This document shows, piece after piece, positions 1 through 12,100 of a stretch of DNA of 64,000 nucleotides. Each line of letters begins with the position of its first letter. Position 1 is the first letter of the stretch. The notes beneath the pieces were generated by a model that saw nothing but the letters and a program-made list of their open reading frames with translations, searched no databases and was not told the origin of the DNA. Position numbers and translations under genes: made by a program. The stretch lies in contig MEDY01000039.1 in assembly GCA_001724265.1 (NCBI GenBank), positions 1 through 64,000 on the forward strand, read 5' to 3'. Source of the DNA: Rhizaria sp. SCN 62-66. Its lineage: Eukaryota.

Positions 1-3000
1 CAAATAAGACGTGTGTTGTCAATGGCGCCACTTCACCACCAGTGACAACATGTATTCAACGCTTGACATGTCTTGCCACCGGTTGGTCCGCGCCACCGCC
101 CACCTGCGAAGTATTTAACTGCGGCCCTGTGCCGGCGCGATACCCGATGTTTGGCACTGAACCTGTGCAAACGGAGTTTGCACCCGAAGGCAACGCAACG
201 TCGTTCGGCGCACGCTACACGTACGGCTGCGTTGACGGGTTTGTACTTGCAGGGTCTGCAGAAATCTCATGTACGGCCGGTGGATGGAGCTCGCAAACTG
301 CACCTACATGTGCCGCCATTGAATGCCCTATTTTGGTAACGGCCAACAATCTTGGCAACATCACCTATTCGGCGTTACCATATGGTGCGCGCAAATTTCA
401 GTCAGTTGCCACGCATGAGTGTCTTCCACTGCATGTTCGGACTGAAGGTGATGAGAAACGCGTTTGCCAGGCAGACCGGTCTTGGTCTGGCGCAGCCCCG
501 ATCTGCCGTTCGAACACGTGCGTGCGCATCTACCATGAGCCAACGTCAATGAAACCCATCGTGTTTTCTCGTTTCGGTAATGCTATCTCTTACGATCCCT
601 TGTCGCACACGTTTTTGATGGACACCATTGCCGCGTATTCGTGTGCCGAGGGATATATATGGGATAAAGACACAACTTTCACAGCACGTACGTGCGTCAT
701 GTCCGAAGGTTGGATACCTGTCGACGCTCCTCGCTGCGTTCCGCAGCCGTGCTCAACGCTGACAACTATTGATCTTGGTCTTGTTGTCCAGGAGCCGTCA
801 CACTTGATGAATATGTACGGCGTTACAGCAAAATTTTCTTGTGAGTACGGCGCAGTCATAAGCCACTCAGATCCTTATATTAGTTGCACGGCAGCTGGCA
901 AATGGTCTGATCCGCCTCGCGCTTGCTCTCCATACGACTGTGGGACGCCGGGTAGAGTTCAGTTCGCGCAAGTCAGCGTTGCTAATAGTGGTACACATGG
1001 CCGATTGGGGGAGTATCTCAACACATCGACAATTGAATACCGCTGTAATGTTGGCTATAATCTGCGCTTTCCTGGCTATAACCTAACGGACGGAACGGGA
1101 TATGTCGTTAAATTGTCTCAGCAGAGCGCTAGAGTGCTAGCTGCACGCCGCGAGTGTACACCGCGCGGATGGATTCCGTCAACTCTCCCCATCTGCGACG
1201 TAAACCAGTGTGAGCTTTTGCAGCTCCCAATGAATGGTTCAAGTATTGTTTTTGAGGATGCGTTTAGCACAAGCAACAATGGTCTTGTCGCTCGCTCATA
1301 TGGTACGATAGCAACATACGTCTGCAAGCCCGGTTATGAGCCACGAGATCCGCTTTCTGACACCGTCACGTCCGCGCGGCGCCGATGTGGAACTCTTGCC
1401 GAGGACTGGATCCCTGCTATTGCACCAATCTGCGGGGCTATTGACTGTGGTAATCCTGAAAAGGACAGTACAGTGGCTTACAGCAAGCCGATTGAGTTTG
1501 AGTTCAATAATCTTGTGGTTGCCGGCCCAACACGTTATCAGGCAACTGCAGTGTATCGCTGCCAATCTGGATTTACATTCTCCGGGGGTCACGATCGTTA
1601 TGAACGCAACTGTATGGAGACAGCTCAATGGCTGCCCGCAACTCCGTCTTGCATTGATATTGACGAGTGTGATCCGGCTGCGTTTAATGGCAAGTATTTT
1701 GTTGACTGCGCCGCACTTTATGGCAGGTTTTCGCGCTGTATCAACATGTTTGGCTCGTACGTCTGCACACCCCACATCACGATTGATATTCCACCTAAGT
1801 CCGTTGCCTCACCCGAAGGAAGTGTTATCTTTGATGTTGAAACGCGTGAGATCATTCCAAATAATGCCCGTGGAAGCCAGATTGTTGCATTTACACTCAA
1901 TGCCGGCGTAAACATTGTTACACCGTACATTACCCGTGTTCAATATCTGAACACAAACACCACATTGTACCCAGACTCAGGGATTATGACGTATGATTGC
2001 GCAGACGTTATTGTGACGCCTGTTGCGACTCAAGCTCTAACACAATATTTCCTGGTGCAATGTACTCTTGGTGCAGGCCAGGGTGCTGATCTCTACGTGC
2101 GCATGCAGTACTGTATCCAACCGGATGCCGTCACAAATTACGCAAGTGATGTCGAATGCTCGCGCTGGAACTGGGCTTGGGACGGCACTTCGTCTCACGC
2201 CGAGCTGACTACGCGAGGATCAAACAATGATGTCCGTATTTCCTACCCGTTGCATTCGTTTGTCCCATCATCTTTGCACGCTATTACTCCCACGGGGCCT
2301 GGTCAACGAACGAACGATTACGTCAGTCTCACAAGTCTTGGCGAGGACATCGGCTTTGACATTGATAATCTGTTCCTTGACTACGCCGGTCTGGTCCGCA
2401 TTATGTACGGCGCAGGTAGTAACTCAAACGACTTTCCACACGAGTGCTTTTTTAATCAAGAGCTATCTCTTCTTAACAATCCAAACCAACGCACAATCAT
2501 ATGTCGAACCGAGGATGCAGTGAACGAGGTGAACCTTAAGTTTAAGCTTATTATAGCGCATCGTGCCGCATACTCCACCGATATGTATTCGTATCCGCAA
2601 GTTCCATCGGTCTCGTCTGTATTTGGCTGCCCGATTGATGATATTTTCACCGGCATTACCTCAGGCTGCCCAACGGACGGTGGAGCCGTGCGACTTACTA
2701 TCATTGGTACTGGTTTCCTAGAGCCGCTCCAAGCCATGGTGAGTGGGCGCCAATGCGTGTCGCTTATTCGCGAAAGTAATATCCAATTCACGTGTCTGCT
2801 GCCTGTTGGGTCTGGCTCTGAACTGTCACTTATTGTCAAAGCTGGTTCACAACGATTCGAGTCTCGCGGCCGCGTTAACTATGCAACTCCGACCATTACT
2901 GAAATTCTCGGCTGTCAGCCAAGTACGACAATGAGTGTCCGCGAATGCAATCGCGACGGTGGCGACAGAATCATGTTGCGTGGTAATAATTTTGGCGCGT

Positions 3001-6000
3001 CTGGGGCGACTGTTTCAATTGGTGGACTCACATGCATCGACGTCGTCCACACGACCTCAAATCCTCATCGTGAGCTTACGTGCACGACACCCGCTGACGC
3101 CTCTGTTGACCGCGCTGTCACAGTCTTGCAACGCTATGGCGAACTGTCAAAAGACGTTGCTTTGCTGTCTTTTGTCCAGTGTCCTCCAGGTCAACACAAC
3201 AAGGACGTCAAATGCGTCCCATGCGACCTGGGTTACTTCAACGATATGTGGTCTCAGGCGCTTTGTCGTCAGTGTCAACCAGGCTCGTACTCCGATCAAT
3301 ATGGAGCAACTTCATGCTCCACTTGTCCTGTCGGTACATACTCCGGTTTAGGACAGTCCAGCTGCATGCGTTGCCCTCGTGGCACGTTCTCTCAAGAGCG
3401 AGCCGAAAGTTGCCTTCAGTGTGCGCCGGGTACTTTTGCCGAAAACGAAGGCAGCTCTCAATGCGAGACATGCCCCCTCGGCGCTGAACACACCAGCGAT
3501 TACTCGTTCTGTCAATGCAAAGCAGGTTCTTATCTTGATATTACAGGCGTTTGCCAACCTTGTATGCTTGGTGGTGATTGTTCAATGCCAGGCATTTCAG
3601 TCTACAACATTCGTTCGGTGAATTCGTACGCGCCTTCAGTGACGCACCTTGATCCACCAAGTGTTGTTCGTATATACTTTCCTATTAACGTGGTCAGTAA
3701 TGCCTCGCTTACCGACGCTAGTCGCATTGCGCAAACTCTTGTCATTAAAGCTATCTTTGACTTTACGTCAAGGCCTCGCAGCCGATTTGTGTTTGCCTCT
3801 GTCTTGGACTCGATGCCCAGTTACGCTTTATCGGGTGTGACTGTAAATCCACAAGCTAATTTACTCACTCCTAATTATCCGCTTACGTTTTACGTAATGG
3901 TTGATGTAAACCCGTCAATCATAGACGGCGATCCGACTGCACAAGACCTTGCTGACGCCGCGGTGGCCGATTACAACGCTCAGAACAGTGTTCTCGCAAC
4001 AGAGATGGCATATGCCGGTGCGCCAATGATTGACCACAGCTACACGCGCCGTGCAGTTTTGTCTTTCCAGACGTGCTTAGACTCAACTTGCGTCAGTGGA
4101 AACGGCTGTATTGAAGGTCATAGTGGTCCGCTGTGCACTACCTGTCTTCCAGGCTACGGGAAGACATCCGTGTTCAAGTGTGGTCGTTGTAACGAGCCAG
4201 CTCTTGCGTGGTTTATCTTGATTGCTGGTGCGCTTGCCGCCATTATTGGCTGTGCTGTTTTGGCCTGGAAGCAGATTGTAGATGGACGTCAGTCCATGAA
4301 CGAGCTCCCTGCGCCTGCTGTTCCTCTTCTGTTCAAGATCGCAATGTCCGGTCTCCAAGTCATGGCCATTGCAAGCAAGTACGATCTTCAATGGCCTGGG
4401 TTTCTAGACGGACTTTTTACAGGTGCTGACACCGCCGCCGGTGTCGGCACTGCAGTAGTATCTATTGACTGCTTCTTAGGGGACAATCCGTCGATCAACC
4501 CATTTTGGGTGACGTCCATCGGCATCATGATTTTGCCCATTATGGGGCTCATTCTTCCACTGTTATTTTTCATGCCACGTTATTATTTGACAAAGCGTAA
4601 GTACAAAAAACATGTTCTCGCGGAGCTGGCTGAGCAGCGCCGACTAATGGTTGAGATCGTGACAGAGTTTGAAAGCTATGCGCGCCAGCGTGACCGCATT
4701 TCTGCCGCTAATCGCATCAACACTGCCGCTGATAGTGATGCATCTCTCTGGGACAGCGTTGACGATATGAACGATCTGGGGTTACTCTCAAATTCCTGGC
4801 GCACAACATCTATTGAGTTAACGAACAACGCCTACGCAGAGATCGACTTAAACGTCAAAGAAGATGCAAGTGTACCTGCTGTATATGCACACAAAACGGT
4901 TGGAAAACGTCGTCGGTTGATGCAGAAAAAACCGGCAAAACTGCCGAACAGTTTGCCAGATGGGACAGGTCCTCTCGCTCCTCCCGTACCACCAACAGCA
5001 CCGGACGTAGGAGCACAACACTCCGGCGCAAGTGTTGGAGCCTCTCATGAACCATCGCATCTTTGGCGGACAAGCTCACATCGCGCCATCAGCAACAATC
5101 GCGTTTCCAGGACCCCAGCGAAAAACGTAGTGCAACAGCTGCGCGTGAATACCATGAATACCAGCTCAGGACAAGATTTTTTCTCCTCCCCATCCGAATC
5201 GCCGATTCGCAGCAGTCTGTGTCAGGACAAGTCGTTATTGAGGATTGTGTACGGTGGTAGGAGCTCCGGTGCTACAACATCGTCTCCCGCACGCGCACGC
5301 GCAACGTTGCTCGAGGAGCGCGGAGCACACGCAGTCGAAAAGTATAACGCAGCCCGTTCTGACTGCTCCCCACGTTCATGTGACTTACCCAAATCGCCCG
5401 CCGCGTTTGCTCTTGTGAGCACTGGTGTAGATGGAACAAATAAGGGCACTAAACAGTATAAGCATCCTCCCGTGCCTTTGTTGTACCACGCGGTCACAGC
5501 ACAAGCTTTTTCATTTTTGACGGCAGAAAATGAGTTTGTGTCAGATGATAATGTTGTTCAATTGTTTAGCGACGGTGCAACTGTTGCTCAGCACAGCGCG
5601 CGGAAAAGCCAGGTGGTTTCCCGCATTGGTGAGCATTATCTGGGCTTGACTGGGGCCGCTGATTCTGACATTAACGACAGCAACATCAAGACTGAAGTAG
5701 TTAACAAATACGGCAAAGCTACGGAACTCCTGGTGTTTGAGCATAATGACCTTGTTGACAATGACAACGTTGATGACAACGCAAACGCATTCTTGAACAC
5801 CAGCCGCGACGCACTATTTGATCAAGTTGTCACAATTCCGTCACTTCTCTCCGTACAAGATGACGCCGTTGTATTACCTATTCCAAAGGCTCAGTCGGCG
5901 TCATTGACGCACAGCATTGCTAACAGTGAGTCAATTATGCATGACCTTCGTGACGACAATTCTAACGTCGCTTTATCTCGCAGGCCTGATGTTGCAAGCG

Positions 6001-7892
6001 ATGTACTTCTTGATGATACTGCATTTTTATTGCGCCGCACTCTCGTTGACAAAGTTCATGTGAGTGAGGCTGCTCTCTCACATGCATATGCATTGCTGCA
6101 TCAGAGTCGTACGTCACTTTCTGAGCGCGTGGCTCACGAAGTCAAAGTATACTCAACGATCGTCCGTGAAACATTGGAGTTCAATGCCAAAAAGACAAAG
6201 GAAGTTGAGAGGAAGGCGAAGTCTCCTGGGGAATTTGCACAAGTTGTACAGAGCGTCGACGACTTGGAAAATATGCGTTTCCTTTCAACACTGCCGTTTG
6301 ATGCACTCTACAGCGCTGAACTCCTCCGTGAGCGCGTACTCCGACGGGAACGTGCGATTCAGCGTGTGCGTGCAGAGCACCAGTATCAGTGGTACGTTGA
6401 AAACTATGGAGTTACGGAGGGTGAGGCAATGTTTGAGAAGGCGCGGGAGCAACGACTTAAGTCCGAACCACCAAAGCTAACTGCGTCGGAGATGCGTGTT
6501 CGTTTGGATGTGGCTGAGACACAGTATAACAACATTCGCTCAGAGTTCTCTGGCTACATTATTACCACAATCACTGTGGTTATGTTCATGATTCATCCGA
6601 ACATCACACGTCAGTTTTTCACAATTTTATCGTGCAAGAACGTCGGCGGAACTGATGACCCGTCAGCAAACGTTGTCTTGGGCAATATGCTTGAGAAATG
6701 CTACTCTCCACAGCATATCCTTTTCATCATTGCGCTTGCAATGCCAATGCTAATCATGTGGGTTCTTGGAATTCCCTTCTTTGCCTGGTTTGTGCTTTAC
6801 CGCAACCGCGACTTGGTGAAGATGTCTGCACGAGGTGCATCTACAAGCGCGCGGAACCAGAAGAAAGTGTTCGAGTCACAGATGGCTTTCTTGTATCGCG
6901 GATACAAGCCTACGCGCTACTATTGGTTCCTCAACGAGATGGCACGCAAAGCGATTCTTGTTGCTATTGCGGTCTTCTTCCCCGGTGCGCTTCACACACA
7001 ACTAATGCTTGCGTCACTATTAATTTTTATCTCGATTCTGCTGCAGATTGCTATGAAACCTTTTGAAAATAAGGTGCCTGAGTTAATTGAGCTTTTTTCA
7101 CTGCTCATGTCTTTCATGGTTTTCTTCCTGGCCAACTTCCTTTTTGTCGACACTGTAAGTGAGTCTGCAAAGACCGTCATTACTGTCTTGATCTGCACGT
7201 TGGTTTTTATTTTCATCGTAGCTGTTGTGCTCGCCTTTTTCGTGTTGCAGAAACAAGAAGCCAAACTGGTTCCACTCCGCAACGCACTGCGCGAGGCACA
7301 CGCTCAGGGTATGGAGTCAGAGCCTGTGATTCGCCAGTGGCGCATTGCAATGGAACAAAAGCGTCGCAATGCGCAAGTGGCAAATCATGAGGCAGCTCCA
7401 GTCGTTAACAGTAAGGGTTTAAGAAATTCATCAGCAAACAACTGTCCTCAAACTGACTCTAGTGCCGAATCACATATGTTTGTGACCTCGTCAACAAAAT
7501 CTGATCCCGCATCAACATCAGCCAAATATCTTGCAATGCTACGTGAGCACGCGCATGAAAGCATCGCTAATAACATTAATACCGGGCAACAACTAACCGA
7601 GCACGCTGAGACAAAGAGCGGTCCCAACACAGCACTCTCGCTGCATGTGTTGAACGACGCGCAGCGCGGCGCCACTCTCGCAAGCGCCGTTGATGCTGGT
7701 CGCGATATTACGACCGGTTTACTGCCCCCTTCTGCTGCTGCGCTTCAGCTAAGCCCGGAAGACGTGGCGCAGAGACTTATTAGTGCTGCGCAAAATCAAG
7801 TCAGCCAAGGTCATAAATATGTTGATAGCCGTAACTTGGATCTCGATCTGCAACCCGAATTGGTAGAATCACACCACACCGGCATGCGGTAA
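1..7892 (+). CDS. 5'-truncated large cell-surface multi-pass membrane protein (Sushi/CCP repeats, Ca-binding EGF, IPT/TIG, Cys-rich repeats, ~7 C-terminal TM segments)
   Basis: The frame is open from the window start and ends in TAA at 7890-7892. It has repeated C...Y.C..GY...C...G.W....P.C Sushi motifs (~1-1650), DIDEC EGF (~1656), IPT-like 'GGAVRLTIIGTGF' and 'GGDRIMLRGNNFG', CxxCxxGxY/F repeats (~3180-3590) and 'C.EGHSGPLCTTCLPGY'. Hydrophobic TM segments lie at ~4200-4570 and ~6550-7250, including 'FLYRGYKPTRYYW'. Confidence 0.85.
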   Translation, partial: NKTCVVNGATSPPVTTCIQRLTCLATGWSAPPPTCEVFNCGPVPARYPMFGTEPVQTEFAPEGNATSFGARYTYGCVDGFVLAGSAEISCTAGGWSSQTAPTCAAIECPILVTANNLGNITYSALPYGARKFQSVATHECLPLHVRTEGDEKRVCQADRSWSGAAPICRSNTCVRIYHEPTSMKPIVFSRFGNAISYDPLSHTFLMDTIAAYSCAEGYIWDKDTTFTARTCVMSEGWIPVDAPRCVPQPCSTLTTIDLGLVVQEPSHLMNMYGVTAKFSCEYGAVISHSDPYISCTAAGKWSDPPRACSPYDCGTPGRVQFAQVSVANSGTHGRLGEYLNTSTIEYRCNVGYNLRFPGYNLTDGTGYVVKLSQQSARVLAARRECTPRGWIPSTLPICDVNQCELLQLPMNGSSIVFEDAFSTSNNGLVARSYGTIATYVCKPGYEPRDPLSDTVTSARRRCGTLAEDWIPAIAPICGAIDCGNPEKDSTVAYSKPIEFEFNNLVVAGPTRYQATAVYRCQSGFTFSGGHDRYERNCMETAQWLPATPSCIDIDECDPAAFNGKYFVDCAALYGRFSRCINMFGSYVCTPHITIDIPPKSVASPEGSVIFDVETREIIPNNARGSQIVAFTLNAGVNIVTPYITRVQYLNTNTTLYPDSGIMTYDCADVIVTPVATQALTQYFLVQCTLGAGQGADLYVRMQYCIQPDAVTNYASDVECSRWNWAWDGTSSHAELTTRGSNNDVRISYPLHSFVPSSLHAITPTGPGQRTNDYVSLTSLGEDIGFDIDNLFLDYAGLVRIMYGAGSNSNDFPHECFFNQELSLLNNPNQRTIICRTEDAVNEVNLKFKLIIAHRAAYSTDMYSYPQVPSVSSVFGCPIDDIFTGITSGCPTDGGAVRLTIIGTGFLEPLQAMVSGRQCVSLIRESNIQFTCLLPVGSGSELSLIVKAGSQRFESRGRVNYATPTITEILGCQPSTTMSVRECNRDGGDRIMLRGNNFGASGATVSIGGLTCIDVVHTTSNPHRELTCTTPADASVDRAVTVLQRYGELSKDVALLSFVQCPPGQHNKDVKCVPCDLGYFNDMWSQALCRQCQPGSYSDQYGATSCSTCPVGTYSGLGQSSCMRCPRGTFSQERAESCLQCAPGTFAENEGSSQCETCPLGAEHTSDYSFCQCKAGSYLDITGVCQPCMLGGDCSMPGISVYNIRSVNSYAPSVTHLDPPSVVRIYFPINVVSNASLTDASRIAQTLVIKAIFDFTSRPRSRFVFASVLDSMPSYALSGVTVNPQANLLTPNYPLTFYVMVDVNPSIIDGDPTAQDLADAAVADYNAQNSVLATEMAYAGAPMIDHSYTRRAVLSFQTCLDSTCVSGNGCIEGHSGPLCTTCLPGYGKTSVFKCGRCNEPALAWFILIAGALAAIIGCAVLAWKQIVDGRQSMNELPAPAVPLLFKIAMSGLQVMAIASKYDLQWPGFLDGLFTGADTAAGVGTAVVSIDCFLGDNPSINPFWVTSIGIMILPIMGLILPLLFFMPRYYLTKRKYKKHVLAELAEQRRLMVEIVTEFESYARQRDRISAANRINTAADSDASLWDSVDDMNDLGLLSNSWRTTSIELTNNAYAEIDLNVKEDASVPAVYAHKTVGKRRRLMQKKPAKLPNSLPDGTGPLAPPVPPTAPDVGAQHSGASVGASHEPSHLWRTSSHRAISNNRVSRTPAKNVVQQLRVNTMNTSSGQDFFSSPSESPIRSSLCQDKSLLRIVYGGRSSGATTSSPARARATLLEERGAHAVEKYNAARSDCSPRSCDLPKSPAAFALVSTGVDGTNKGTKQYKHPPVPLLYHAVTAQAFSFLTAENEFVSDDNVVQLFSDGATVAQHSARKSQVVSRIGEHYLGLTGAADSDINDSNIKTEVVNKYGKATELLVFEHNDLVDNDNVDDNANAFLNTSRDALFDQVVTIPSLLSVQDDAVVLPIPKAQSASLTHSIANSESIMHDLRDDNSNVALSRRPDVASDVLLDDTAFLLRRTLVDKVHVSEAALSHAYALLHQSRTSLSERVAHEVKVYSTIVRETLEFNAKKTKEVERKAKSPGEFAQVVQSVDDLENMRFLSTLPFDALYSAELLRERVLRRERAIQRVRAEHQYQWYVENYGVTEGEAMFEKAREQRLKSEPPKLTASEMRVRLDVAETQYNNIRSEFSGYIITTITVVMFMIHPNITRQFFTILSCKNVGGTDDPSANVVLGNMLEKCYSPQHILFIIALAMPMLIMWVLGIPFFAWFVLYRNRDLVKMSARGASTSARNQKKVFESQMAFLYRGYKPTRYYWFLNEMARKAILVAIAVFFPGALHTQLMLASLLIFISILLQIAMKPFENKVPELIELFSLLMSFMVFFLANFLFVDTVSESAKTVITVLICTLVFIFIVAVVLAFFVLQKQEAKLVPLRNALREAHAQGMESEPVIRQWRIAMEQKRRNAQVANHEAAPVVNSKGLRNSSANNCPQTDSSAESHMFVTSSTKSDPASTSAKYLAMLREHAHESIANNINTGQQLTEHAETKSGPNTALSLHVLNDAQRGATLASAVDAGRDITTGLLPPSAAALQLSPEDVAQRLISAAQNQVSQGHKYVDSRNLDLDLQPELVESHHTGMR

Positions 7893-8008
7893 TCACCCTT
7901 CTTCATTTTATATTATTATTTGTGTATGCCCGACCTTATCATTAACGTTGGGCAGAACCTCTGTATAGATTTGTAAATATTATTATTTTACTTGAACGTA
8001 TCATTGCA

Positions 8009-8048
8009 ATGTTATCTTATGCTCAATCATGTTATCTTATGCTCAATC
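8009..8048. repeat. Perfect 20-bp tandem duplication (ATGTTATCTTATGCTCAATC x2)
   Basis: Identical units at 8009-8028 and 8029-8048, just downstream of the first gene. Confidence 0.95.
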
Positions 8049-9125
8049 AGAATTGGCTTGGCCACGTGGTTGAGACCGGGAATCAAAATAGGTTAACGTT
8101 TCCCACAAAAACAATATTATTAGAATTGAATGCATCTTCAGCCTATGTTTGTCGTATTTGATACGTACTTCGGACGGCTTGACATCATCGGAAGCTTCAA
8201 CATCACTGTCCTTTAGACAGGATAGAGTGGATAAGCTCCGCATGCATTCCATTTTCTTTGCTTTAAGTTTATTATTCATTGTCGCCCCAACAAAACTCGA
8301 GCATTTCACGTCTTATCAAATTTAGTTGAGAGTGCAGCTCGCTGGACGTGGGAAAATGCTGCGATTGAACATGTTTAAGCGTGTTTACTCGTGCATATAT
8401 GAATGAATGTGTAATATTGTATAGTTCAGAAATATGTTGATGTAAGTTTTGTCTCTGTTAGTCTTTGCTCTCTGCTTTCATTTTGCGTCTGTCCTGCATA
8501 AGATGTGTATAAGTTCATTTTTCTTCTCGGTAACGCAGGAATTTTAGTTTGGTTCCGCCGTTTTATTTGCTCTTATGGGACTTTCTTTCTATGAAAAACG
8601 ATGGCTCTTCCTTTGAATAGTAGTTGAAGGTGAGTTACTCGTATTGTCAATACAATTGCAATATCATCAAACTGTTATCCATACTGTACAATATCAGTTC
8701 AACAGTTGTACGTTTTGTTTTGAGCTTAAATTTTATGAGGTCATGATCTCTGTTATAAATTTATTTCCCAGTTTGCATTGTTACGTCTGTATCATCGATG
8801 TAATTCGTTTCGAGTCTTAGAACTCCCGAGGAAAACACGTGACCATGGTGACTGGAGTTGAGACTGAGGTGACGTGCATGGTGGTGGACTGGTGGGGACT
8901 GGCCAGGTTCGCGCCTTACTTTCGATGTTGGTATCTCGAAATGTTGATCGTGTAATCAAATTTAATTCTCAATTTTTCACTAAATTGTGTCATTCTTACA
9001 TTTCCTTTAATAATATTATCTAACCTGTTGTATAGACTTCCCACAAGACATTTTTCAAATAACCAACCCGGCACTCCACGACACACTCAACGCGACACTC
9101 GCAGGTGTCTCTGTGCATCCGCCTC

Positions 9126-12100
9126 ATGCCCCCAGTGACTACAATGCTCGACCTCTCATTCACCCGCGCTCTTGACCCGCTTTCTCGCGGTCTTGCGGCC
9201 GCACTCAGTGACAGGCTAGCTGACGGGAACGCGCCGCGCGTGGGCCCGCTGTCCCGCAGTGACCGCAGCAAAGCGTCGCTTTCGGCTCTGTCCCTACGCG
9301 CGCTCGAGATCCAGCTTGATCTCCTGCGCATCGACGCCGCCGCTGCGTCCCACTACGTGCTTCTTGCCTCTTTGCGGGCGCTCCCCGCCGCGGATCGCGC
9401 GGTGAAGGAGGTGAAGAGGCTCGCCGCGCAAGTGAAGGAGCGCATTGCAGAAGCAGAGACTGCGTCGGACGCCTTGCTCGAGGAACAAGATGGTGTAGAA
9501 CTCATGCTTAAGCTCAAGTTTAATATCAACAATGGCGGGCGGCTTGTGGTGGGAGATATCCAACCGATCTACGGCCCTCTTAACGCTACCGCGAACTCGA
9601 ACTTCAGCACCAGCAGCTCAAGTGCCAGCTCCAGTGTTAACGAGACTGATCGCAGCGGCTCTGTTGCCCCTGCTGTGCCGGTTGATCCCGCTTCGTTTGT
9701 AGCGGATCAGTGGGACGCTGCAACCATGCGTGCGCTCCGCAAGCAATATCACGTTCATTCGCGTCCTAAACAGCCTTCGCAGCACGTTGGTGAGTTAGCT
9801 GTGGCATCACGCTCCCAAGCGCCCCAGTCTCGCGGCGTGCGACGTCCCCAGAACGCGTTCGACGTTTAGGCTGGCGGCAGCGGCATCCGTGAGGACATGC
9901 GCGGCAGTGACAGCGCGGGCGCACGGTCTCTCTCGCAGTTGCAGTCGCGATCACCGTCGCAGCGCCCAACGAGCGCCCGCGCTGCCAGCACTGTGGAGAA
10001 AGAAAGGGCTGCCGCGCAGGCGGTGGCACTTGCGGCTGCGCTTGAGCGTCTTAACGACGGTGTCATTAGCACGTCTTCAGGCGCCGCCGCCTCGGCAGAC
10101 ACGGTGGCCAGTGCAAGCGCTGCGACGGGCGGGGCTACGGGTGGCAATGCGGGCAAGAAACAGCGTGAGCGGAAGGTTATTGCTCCGACGTTGATCTCCG
10201 CAACTCCTGTCACGAACACTACAACTGCAGCAACAACCGCAGCAGCATCGTTGCTTCCCGCTTCTACAGCAGCACCTGCTGCACGCTCTACTGTAAGTAC
10301 GATTGTGACGAAAGTTAAGTCGGACTCTCCCGCGCGCGCTGCCATCACCGCGCTTCTGCTCTCGTAGCCATCAAGTGCGCCCACTGCGACCGCTCGCAGC
10401 AATAGCGGCGCGAGCGCCGGGGTGAATGTGGGCGAACATCCAGTGACTGTGAGCAGCGGTGCGGTACTGGCCCTGCCGCCGTGGGGCGAGTGGGGGGTGC
10501 CCACGGTCACTGCTGAGATGACAAATAGCCGCGTCTTAACTAATGTCACCGGTAGTGGTACGACTAGCATTCTAGATGACGATGTTGACGTCGACGTTGT
10601 CATTGGTGATGATGATGAAGACGGCGAAGACGAGGACGATTACGACGACTATGAGGGGGATAAGAGCCAAGACACTGGCTATGTGTCTGATGTCGAGGGC
10701 GCCTGGGACAGTGCACTCACCGACAGCGACGTCGTTATCAGCGGCTCCGGCTCGGACTCTGCCACTGACTCTGACTCAAACGACAACATGCTCGCTCGCC
10801 CGGACGATATTCAGTCGAACTTTGCCTCCTCCTCCGAACTTAAAGCGCGCTACAGTACGCGGCGGCGCGTTAGCTCGAGTCGTGCCGCCGACAGCGAGGA
10901 TGAGGACGAAGACTGGTTACCGCCGCCCTCAAAGCCGACTGCTGGATCCAGTCAAACTGTGAGCCGCTCGTATAGTCACCGCCATAGCACGGTGATGGCG
11001 ACTGCGACTGGTGAGTTGACTAGTCTGCCTGAAACGAAAGACACCGGCGTTAATTCGGAGAGCTCTTTCAGCTCAGACTCTTACTCTGATTCGGGAGCTG
11101 ATTCTAGCTCGGATACTGACTCTGAATCTGGTCCCGACTATCGTGACGACGACCGTGGGCAACCGGCGAACGAGATCGCTGCCAACGGCGATAACTCCGA
11201 GTACTCAAGCGTGTCCGGCGACTCTGACTACGATAACAACAACAGCATGAGCGAAAACAGCGACGAAGTTGACACCAGCGACATTGACGCTTTGTACAGC
11301 GACTTCGACAGCGACGATATTGCTGTCAGTGACACAGATGCTCACCCGAACGAGACTGCGCAAGAGCGCGCTGCCCGCCGCCGCCGCGCCCACTACAAGT
11401 CCAAGGCCGCGATGGCCGTTGCGGACCGCATGGAGCGTGCGGGCGTGCGGGCTGATAAGGCCCGTGCTCTGCGCAAATCGACAATGAAAGACTCGGCGCT
11501 GGGTCGTGCGATGAAAAAAGCCGACGAGCTCCTCAGTGGTCGGAGCGAGCCTCGTCGTGAAAAGAAGCCGCATACGCCTGTGTCGAGGGCCAAACCGTCT
11601 GTTGTTGCAATGAATGACGAAATTGACAATGCGGATGAAGGCGCGGGCAGAGAGTCTGAGGTAGGGTCACAGGTACCCACGTCTCTCCTACGTCACGGTG
11701 GGTCCAAGGGCGTCTACGAGACCTCTGTGCCTGTGCCACTTACAACCGTGCTATTTCCAGCGCCGTTGCCATTTGGCATCGATCGCGCGTTTCTTTCGAT
11801 GCCGACTAACGCTGACAGAGATGTCTCGCAAGCGAATGTGACTGCTGCTGCTCAGTATACAAGCCTGCTCCCGCACCAGCACAGGAACCGCTACTTGTGG
11901 TCGCTGCTCTCACCAGCACAAGACCCTAACACTAATGCTGGAATGAACGCGAATCTTAGCGGTACAAACAGTGACGCTGTTTGTTGCTTTGAAGTTGCTG
12001 TTTCTGTGCCGTTCCGCGCTGTTTTACCGCCTTGTTTCACCGACTCCTGGATTGCTGACACACCCAAGACCGTTGATGGGACTGGATCCAAGTGGCTGCT

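Noticed and set aside
8043-8309. 88-aa minus-strand ORF with an internal GTACGT at ~8168
   Set aside because: It is AT-rich, has no recognisable motif, and I could not build a consistent exon chain.
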